Shown here: one piece after another, positions 53,001 to 62,000 of the stretch
Layout: every line of letters starts with the position of its first letter
How positions within the stretch are numbered: the first letter of the stretch is position 1
Origin: Carcharhinus amblyrhynchos
Lineage: Eukaryota
DNA: 64,000 bases
Direction: 5' to 3'
NCBI GenBank assembly: GCA_965287045.1
Contig: OZ336895.1
Span: 24,118,001-24,182,000, forward strand
The notes under the pieces: generated by a model
What the model was told of the DNA's origin: nothing
What the model saw: the letters and a program-made list of their open reading frames with translations, nothing else
Database searches by the model: none
Program-made: the position numbers and the translations under genes

Positions 53001-56000
53001 AATCTCCTGTTTTGCCCGATGCGGGAATTGTAGCGGGTGAGACAGGAAATTTCGTGGATCATTTAAAGCTCGGGTGGGAATTTCCGGTCTTGGGGCACGT
53101 GCGCCAGTCCTTTTCTTCTTTAATTGCTTGTTGCACATCTGAAACTGTGAACCAGTAATGGTTCAACTAAATGTTGTTTGCTTCCTCTTGCAACCCGAAT
53201 TCTTGAGATGAGGAATTTTAATATGCCAACGCTAAATGTGTATGTAACTAGAATAGGAACAGCAGATGCTGCTGACAACCAGACCTGCAACCACAATCTG
53301 ACATTCCATGGTTGAATTTTACACTCTCCCAGCAGCAGATGTGAAGGCATGGGGTGTGTAGCCTTCCCATAGCGTAGCCTTTCCTTAGGGAAGGGTAGGC
53401 GACACATTGGGAGATTTCCTCCTTTGGTCCTATTGAATACCTTTAGTGGCCAATGAATCGACACATCATGTCCTCGTCCTGTTCTCACTGGTACTTTACA
53501 ACAAAACAGGAAGAGACCCATGCCATGCAGGATGTCTCAGCAATATTAACTGCGTAGGCTCATGTCAGACAAGGGTGTGAACCATCTTCTGGACGTCTTC
53601 TGCACCCCCAAACTAATGTCATTGCTTCCTCCCCCTTCTCTTTTAACCCTCTTGTCTGGTCTCTTGAATCTGTCCCCCTCTGCCCCTGCCTCGCATTGCC
53701 AAGACTCCTACCTCTGGACTTACCTATGGTCACTTAGTTTGTGATGGGTTTGCCTTTAGTTCCATAAGTGATATTGCTCACAGCTGGCACTGAATGGACT
53801 ACAGAGTTACTGGCCATTAGATTGTTTCCAGCATTAGTTTGCTGTGGGTGTCTGATGCCCTAAAAAATCCAGCCCTATATCACCGCTAACCACTGCGCCA
53901 CTATGCTGCCCTGTATATTTTGGCTCACATCACATGGTGTTAATACAGTTGCTGTATTCTCAGTCTGACATTTTCTTTTTGTCTCCCATTAGCAAAACCA
54001 CCATCTGTGACAACACAAGCTTCAAGTCCGGGAGTGAAGTCCATTGAATTCAATGTAACCTTTGTTATCACTGACTTAGAGTTCACACAAAGCCTACTAG
54101 ATTCCAGTTCTTTGCTGTACAAATCTGCATCAAAAATTATTTCTCACCAGGTAACCATATTGTTTATACTATCATACAAAAAATGATTCCTTTCCAGAAA
54201 AGATAGTGCTGTGATAATGATTAAAGAGACATTGATAGGATGCAAGACTGGGCGAAGAAGTGGCAGATGGACTTCAACCCAGATAAGTGTGTGATGATTC
54301 ATTTTGGCAGGTCAAATAGTATGATAGATTCTAATATTAAGGATAAGACTCTTGGCAGTTTGGAAGATCAGAAGGATCTTGGGGTCCGGGTTCATAGGAC
54401 TCTCAAAGCAGATTTGCAGGTAGCGGCTGTGGTTAAGAAGGCGTATGGTGTACTGGCATTCATCAAACGAGGAATTGAGTTTAGGAGCCAGGAAATAACG
54501 CTGCAGCTGAAGACCCTGGTCAGACTCCACTTGGAGTATTGTGCTCAGTTCTGGTTGCCTCATTACAGAAAGGATGTGGAAGCCTTAGAAAGGGTGCAGA
54601 GGAGATTTACAAGGATGTTGCCTGGATTTGGTGGTATGCCTTATGAGGATAGGTTGAGAGAGCTCGGTCTTTTATCCTTAGAGAGACGAAGGATGAGAGG
54701 GGACCTGATAGAGGTGTATAAGGTGAGAGGTATTGATCGAGTGGATTCTCAGAGGATTTTTCCCAGGGCTGAAATGGTTGCCACAAGAGGACACAGGTTT
54801 AGGATGTTGGGGAGTAGGTACAGAGGAGATATCAGGGATAAGTTTTTCAGTCAGAGGGTGATGGGTGCATGGAATCGGTTGCCAGCAGTGGTGGTAGAGG
54901 TGGACTTGATAGGGTCTTTTCAGAGACTTTTGGATAAGTACATGGAACTTAGTAAGATAGAGGGTTATAGGTATGCCTAGTAGGAAGGGACATGTTCGGC
55001 GCAACTTGTGGGCCGAAGGGCCTGTTTGTGCGGTAGCTTTTCTATGTTTCTAAAGAAAATTATTAATAAAATGATTTTAGCAATCATTGTGATCACCTTT
55101 CTCAAACACTGTGTTTGTGAATTTATTGCAGCTCACTGCCCTGTACGACAAGAGCAAAATTAGTGCCAAATTTTCAAGCTGCAAGGTTGTTTCCTTCAGG
55201 TGAGGATATTACACTGTTGCAAGATGCACTGCAGCAAGTCACTAAGGCTCCTTGAACAACACGTTCCAAACCTCAAGATCCACTATCTAGAAATATAAGG
55301 CTGATAGGCATCTGGGAACATCACCAGTTACTTGCAAGTCCCAGTCCAAGTCGCGCATTATTCTGACTTGGAAATATACTTCATGTTCCTTCACTGTAAC
55401 CAGTCAAAATCCTGGAACTCCCTCTCTACCATAGATGTACCTGCTCCACATGAACTGCAGTGGTTCAAGAAGGCAGCTGACCACCAGCTTCTCTTGAGCA
55501 ATTAGAGATGGATATTACATACTGGAGTTGCCAGTGATGCCCACATTTCATGAATGAATAAAGAAATAAAAATATCAAACTGCTTATGAATATCAATTAT
55601 AAATATAAATCAGCATCGTAGAAGGCTAAGTAATTAGTCATTTGTTGAACCATATAAAGAGGTTTAAAATTGCTAAAGCTTTACAATGTGCCAATCATAG
55701 AGAAACGCTGAATGAATGGTTTGCATATCATTGAATATTGGCCAATGCTTTTATTTCATAGAATCCATAGAACCCCTGCAGGGCAAAAAGAGGCCCTTCA
55801 GTCCATCAAATATACACTGACTCTCTGACAGCATCTTAGCCAGGCCCTATTCCCGTAACCCAACCTATTTACCTCACTAATCCCCCAACCTACACATCTT
55901 TGAACACAAGGGGGCAGTTTAGCATGGCCAATCTACCTAATCTGCTCATTTTTGGAGTGTGGGAGGAAACTGGCACACCTGGAGGAAACCCACGCAGACA

Positions 56001-59000
56001 CAGAGAGAACATGCAAATTCCACACAGTCACCTGAGGCCAGAATCTAACCCAGGTTCCATCGTGTCACTCTTATTTCTTATTTGTTTTATAGTAGTGTGT
56101 TTCAGTCACCATTATTATTACATCAGAATGGCTTTTGAAATTGTAGACATACAGCTAATTTCCTTTCATCTTTTCTTCTCTAATCTCTTTGACATTTGTT
56201 ATACACTGGTACTCAGTGATGGAGAGCAGGCATGATACTTAATGTCAGGGGAGCTAGCAGGGTAAATCCATGGGGTCACTTAGATCGGATAGAACTTAGG
56301 TGGGATTGTTGTCAGTGCTGGCTCAATGGACTAAATGGCCTCCTTCTGCACTGTAGAGATTCTACAATTCTACTATGCAATGGAGAGCAGATGCAGTCTT
56401 TTGAAAACAATGATTGATTCAACTTGGATTTATTTACTGGGGAAGGGGATCATTGCAATTTCAGTGAATCAAATGCCTTCTTCCATCAAAAATCAGTCAA
56501 TTGCATGATTAGTCACGGAGACCACTTCAGGTTGCGCATACACAACAATAACATGTACTTTCAATTTTAGTATACTATATTTGTGGTTCACAATCCTCCA
56601 CAATAAAGAGACCAAATGCAAATTGTGTGACTGCTTTGCAGAACACCTCTGTTCACCCTGAAAGTGTGACCCTGCCAGGCAGGTTGCCTGTCATTTTAAT
56701 TGATCCTCCCAGTCTGTCCTCACCCTCCTACACTCTCCTAAAGGTGTCATGCCATCTGATTCACTTTCTGTATGTCTTTTGTTTTTACAGCCCAGCTAAC
56801 GGTGATGACACCAGTGTGTATGCAGTCTGTACTTTCACTAATGATTCTGCAGCTGATAAAGTCACTGTGTACCATGTGTTCAGAGACAACACGGAGAACA
56901 TCACCACTTTAGGAATATATTTACTGGATAATGACAGCCTCTATGTAAATGGTATTTAGCATTTTGAATTAGATACTTTGAGCAGTCAGATTTTATTTCA
57001 ACAGTGTGAATGAGTTAATAACTTACTTATGGGCAAGATGAGGGTTCATTTAAGCAGCACTGAATTCCTCTCTCATCACCCAGCCCTAAATAGAAAAGAG
57101 TTTTGATTTCTTTCCTGCTTTATGGGCAGTAGCATATTTTCTCCCCCTCATTTATGTTTGATTTCATTTTCTGTTAAAAACCCCACAGCAAATTTAAGAC
57201 AGGATGAACTCAAAGGGTTAGTTTATTTGCATGCACTCAAAACAGATTCCAGAGTCCTGAATTAAAGACCAATGAGGCATCCCTCATGGAGTTCAGCAGA
57301 CTGAAAAAAACAATGCTGTATAATTCATGTTTTTACTGGTGCTGACTTCACAAGATGAGGTGGACATACTCAGAGATGGGGGTGATGGAGAATTTCCAGC
57401 AGAAGCAGTGTAGATGGAACCAGGTATTCCATATGGGCAGAGCTCCTTACCTGTGAGGCCACTGGTAAATTGACAAATAGCAGACCGAGTTCTTCGGCTC
57501 AGCAAGGCAATATTAACTTATTCAACAAGCCAGAGAGTGATACCACCCTCACTTCTCTACCCAATGTCCAACAAAGGATGTGTATCAATTGTTTAGAATG
57601 TAGCTAGGTTTCAAAAGTTGCTAAATATCTCATCCATTACAAATTGAAAGAGAGGTTATTGGGCCTTTTGACTGAGCAGATCATCAGTCCCCTTCTGGCT
57701 AGCCTTGGTTATCAAATGCTGATGGTCTTTTTGAAGTCAGGCTGTGCAGTCCACACTTGGTCGTGAGCGACTCCTCAGAGATAATGAGGTGCAAGGTTTC
57801 CTGAAACTGCAGATAGGACTTCTTTAGTTCAGGGATCATAGACATTGGTTCAGACATTTTGAGGCTCTTGTTCAGTTTTAAAGTTTAAGAGCTATAAGAA
57901 TGTCTATATATTTTTTATAGAAGTATATAAGGTGAGGTCTTAGTCTCTCACAATATCCACCTTGAAATGAAAGAACTAAAGCTCTGAATTTCACTCTTTA
58001 ATGATGGGTTTCCACTGGGCTCATCACATACAAAACATATGCTATTGATTTTTCAGGTTACCATGAATCAGCCCTTTCACCAAGTGAGTATTGTTTCCAC
58101 TTTCTTTCCTTATAATTTTCTTTTATTACAAGCTGAATAGTCACATGACACCAGGTTATAGTCCAACAGGTTTATTTGAAATCACAAACTTTCGCAGTGT
58201 TGTTCCTTCATCAGGTGAAGTTCACCTGATGAAGGAGCAGCACTCTGTAAGCTTGTGATTTCAAATAGACCTGTTGGACTATAACCTGGTGTCATGTCAT
58301 AGAATCATAGACTCCTACAATGCAGACGGAGGCCATTCAGCCCATCGAGTTGGCACCGAACACAATCCCACCCAGGCCCTACCCCAATAACCCCATGCAT
58401 TTAACCAAGCTCACCCCCCTGACACTAAGGAGCAATTTAGCATGGCCAATCCACCTAACCCACACATCTTTGGAGTGTGGGAGGAAATCAGAGCACCCAG
58501 AGGAAACCCATGGAGACATGGTGGGGGGAGAGAATGTGAAAGTGCAAACTCCACACAGACAGTGACTCAAGCTAGGAATTGAACTCGGTTCCATGGCACT
58601 GTGAGGTAGCAGTGCTAACCACTATGCCACCGTTCTGCCCTGTGATCTCTCATCTTGTTCACCCCAGTCCAACACTGGCATCTCCACATATTTTATTTTA
58701 TTACAGTGTAGAGTAGAAAAATAGACTCCACATTAATTTCCCCAGGTTATTGGGGGGTGGGGTTAATGTTTCCCAGTTACAAACGATGCATCATTTTAAT
58801 TTCTGTTGAGAAACATTTTGAAGGTTTTAAAAGGGATTCAGGACTGAATTTCCAAATCTTGTTGTGGTGGGGGAATGGAAATGGATTTCAGGCCCCAGGA
58901 TTATACTGCTGGTTGGCAAACTGGTTTCCCAAATCAATACCCGTCATCGGCTGTTTTGGCCAACACAGTTCTGGAGGTCAGCAAAATATACTCACCGCTA

Positions 59001-62000
59001 TGAGATGACCAGGCAGCCAGGCTCATTACTGGCCTTATTAACCAAAAATTAAGAACACCTCCTGGGATTTTACAGCTGGCCTCCTGTTTCTCAATGTGAC
59101 AGGAAACAGTTTAACCGCTTGGAGATGGGTACTTAGCAGTAGGCTGGGGTGCCAGCTTTTCACATAGGGTCGATAGAGCCTCCCCTTGTAGCTGTGTGAG
59201 CGTGTATCATTGAATCCTACAGTGCAGAAGAGGCTATTTGGCCCATCAAGCCTGCACCGACTCTGTTACAGATTATCTTACTCAAACTCTTTCCCCTGCC
59301 CTAACCCCGAAACCCCAAGTATTTACCTCCATTAATCTCCCTAACCTGCACATCTTGGGACACTAAGGGGAAATTTAACATGGCCAATCGACCTAACCTG
59401 CACATCTTTGGACTGTGGGAGGAAACCAGAGCAGACATGGGGATAACTTGTAGGTTTTTCCACAGACAGTGACCTGAGGCTGAAATTGAACCCGGGTCCC
59501 TGGAGCTGTGAAACAGCAGTACTAACCACTGTGCTACCGTGCTGCCAATTCTGTGTCAAGGTGCAAACTCATCAGTTAATTTGCAATGGGCTGTGAGTGG
59601 GGTAGTGGGGGTGCAGTGGACAAGAGTCCACCTTAGGCACTGATTCACTGTCATTGAACAATTGTGTGTAGTTGATGAGTGATTGGAAGCTATAGATGGT
59701 CCTATACCAATATTAAAGTAGATAAATGGGAACCGGAGAAGAGAAAAAGACAAATGAAAGGAAAATGCCTCCTAATGTCATCAACAAACTTGGATATACA
59801 GGTTTTAACTCACTTGCCCAAGTCACCAGTTTGTGAAAAGCTGAGGCACCAGTCGATGCCCTCAGGGACACTACAGGTTACATCTTGTCAAAATGAGCAC
59901 AAACCTATTATCTGTCTCCTACCTCCTCACTAATTATCTATCCATTTCAATGGGTCACCTCCAATTAAATGCTGTCCTATTTTTGCTAACAGTCTCCTGT
60001 GTGAAACCTTCTTGGTATCCTTCTGGAAGTCCATATAAATAACATCCATTTGCAGACTCTTATCTAACACTTTAATTACCATCCTAAAAGGTGAACTAAC
60101 TGATCGATACTTAAGCTGCGAACAAGAGCAGGGACTAGTCCTGTACTCGCATTTAGACCTGCAACCCAAGATCAAAACAAGCAGAAGACTCCAAGTCAAT
60201 AAGACACTCAACAATCAGGACTATTTCTTGCAGAAATAAGAAACAGCTGCATGTTCAGTGGAGGAAAAGTTTGCATCTAATTGTGCATGTGATAGAACAA
60301 GGATGTTGGATAGTCCTTTGAAAGAATGGTCTCACTAAGCCTTGTAAAGTTGAGCTCAATGTTGTTAGTTCAAACTGCGATGGTTCCATATCTTAGATAT
60401 AGTTTGTCCTGCTGTTTTTAATACAAATGATGCAATTACAGAGATCTTTGATTCTCAATTTTAATGCATTTTTGTCTCTCTGAATAGCGATACCACCACC
60501 TGTGACAACTCCAAAACTGCAAACAAAGCCTTATGAATTTAATGTGACTTTCATTATTACCAACCTGGCCCCAGCAGCAAACTTGCAGTCCCCTAATTCT
60601 GCACTGCACAAATCCGCATCAAATATCATTGCTTATCAGGTCAGTCAACAACTTAATTATCAATATGTGTTTTAATTAGTTTATGGCATTTGTCTCTAAA
60701 AGTGTGATTGTTATTTTTCTTCAGTTGAACCATCTATTTACTAACAGCAATATCAAGAGAACATTCCAAAACTGTAGGGTTCGCACTTTCAGGTAAGGAA
60801 TGTTGATGTTCAACCTCAGTATTTGTTTCAAGGTCACTTGAATGTTTAGTAAATTAGTTAACATTACGTAAATGTAAAATGGTAAAATGTTCTAGTAATC
60901 TTGATCGTTGTCTCTATGATCAGGCCAGAGTTGGCACTACCAGGCTGGCACTGCCAAATGGGTAATTCCCAGACACGTACCCAACCACTGGAGGTTTCTA
61001 TGGCTTCCGATCCCCCTGTCCTGGGGCGGGGGGGGGCATCGTGCCTGGTCTCCATTTGTGGAGACCATTAGTGATTCAGACCAGGCTCCTGCTATGCCAG
61101 AGGGTCGGAAAATCCCGGGAACAGGGAAAATCCGGTCTTGAATGGACTCAGCAGGCTACGTTCTCTGACCTTGCATGCAGTTGGAAATCTCTAGTCCCAC
61201 TGCAGAGAGTGAAGATTTGGCTGAGCGCCAAATTCTCTTTTCTCATTTAAAGGGGGTGGGGGAGGGGGGGTTGGTGGTGGGGGCGTGATGAATGGCTGGA
61301 AAATTCCAGGCTGCACAATTACATTCTCACATTATCTGATCTTGCCCTTATTGGGTGGGGACCAAATTATGTCCGAGAATGGTGTGTGAGGTTTCACGCT
61401 GATACAGACCATTCTAAGCCAGTCCACCCATAATTTTCCAGCTCTATTCCAACTCATTCTGCCACTGGCATGACGTAGACAGAAAGTCGCAGACTATGAC
61501 TAGGAACAATTTTGCACCCATATAGTCTTCATCTTTATGAATAGAATAAATATGGTTCTGGAAACATGGGAAAAACTGTGTGGCTGTTCTGTAAATATCA
61601 ACAAATTGACACAATTGAAAATTAATATACCATTTTAACTAATTAAAAATACTCTGGATTGAGAAATTTCAATGTATACAAGAGAGAATTAATATGATTA
61701 AATTCCATTAATTTTAAACCTTACAATGTTAACACACAACTGCTGTACATTTTAGATATGGCACATTGTTCAGTTTAGTTTATTTATTAGTGCCACAAGT
61801 AGGCTTATGTCAACATTGCAATGAAGTTACTGTGAAAATCCCCCCTTCGCCACACTCCAGTGCCTGTTCGGGTACACTGGGGAAGAATTTAACATGGCCA
61901 ATGCATCTAACAGCGTGTCTTTCGGACTGTGGGAGAAAACCGGAACACCAGGAGGAAATCCATGGAGACACATGGAGAAGGTGCAGACTCCACACAGACA

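Noticed and set aside
39195-54980. The 211-aa and 246-aa ORFs as host genes or an RT-based system linked to the array
   Set aside because: Both are 5'-truncated CR1 ORF2 ends lacking the catalytic core, with LINE tails, and they sit in introns.
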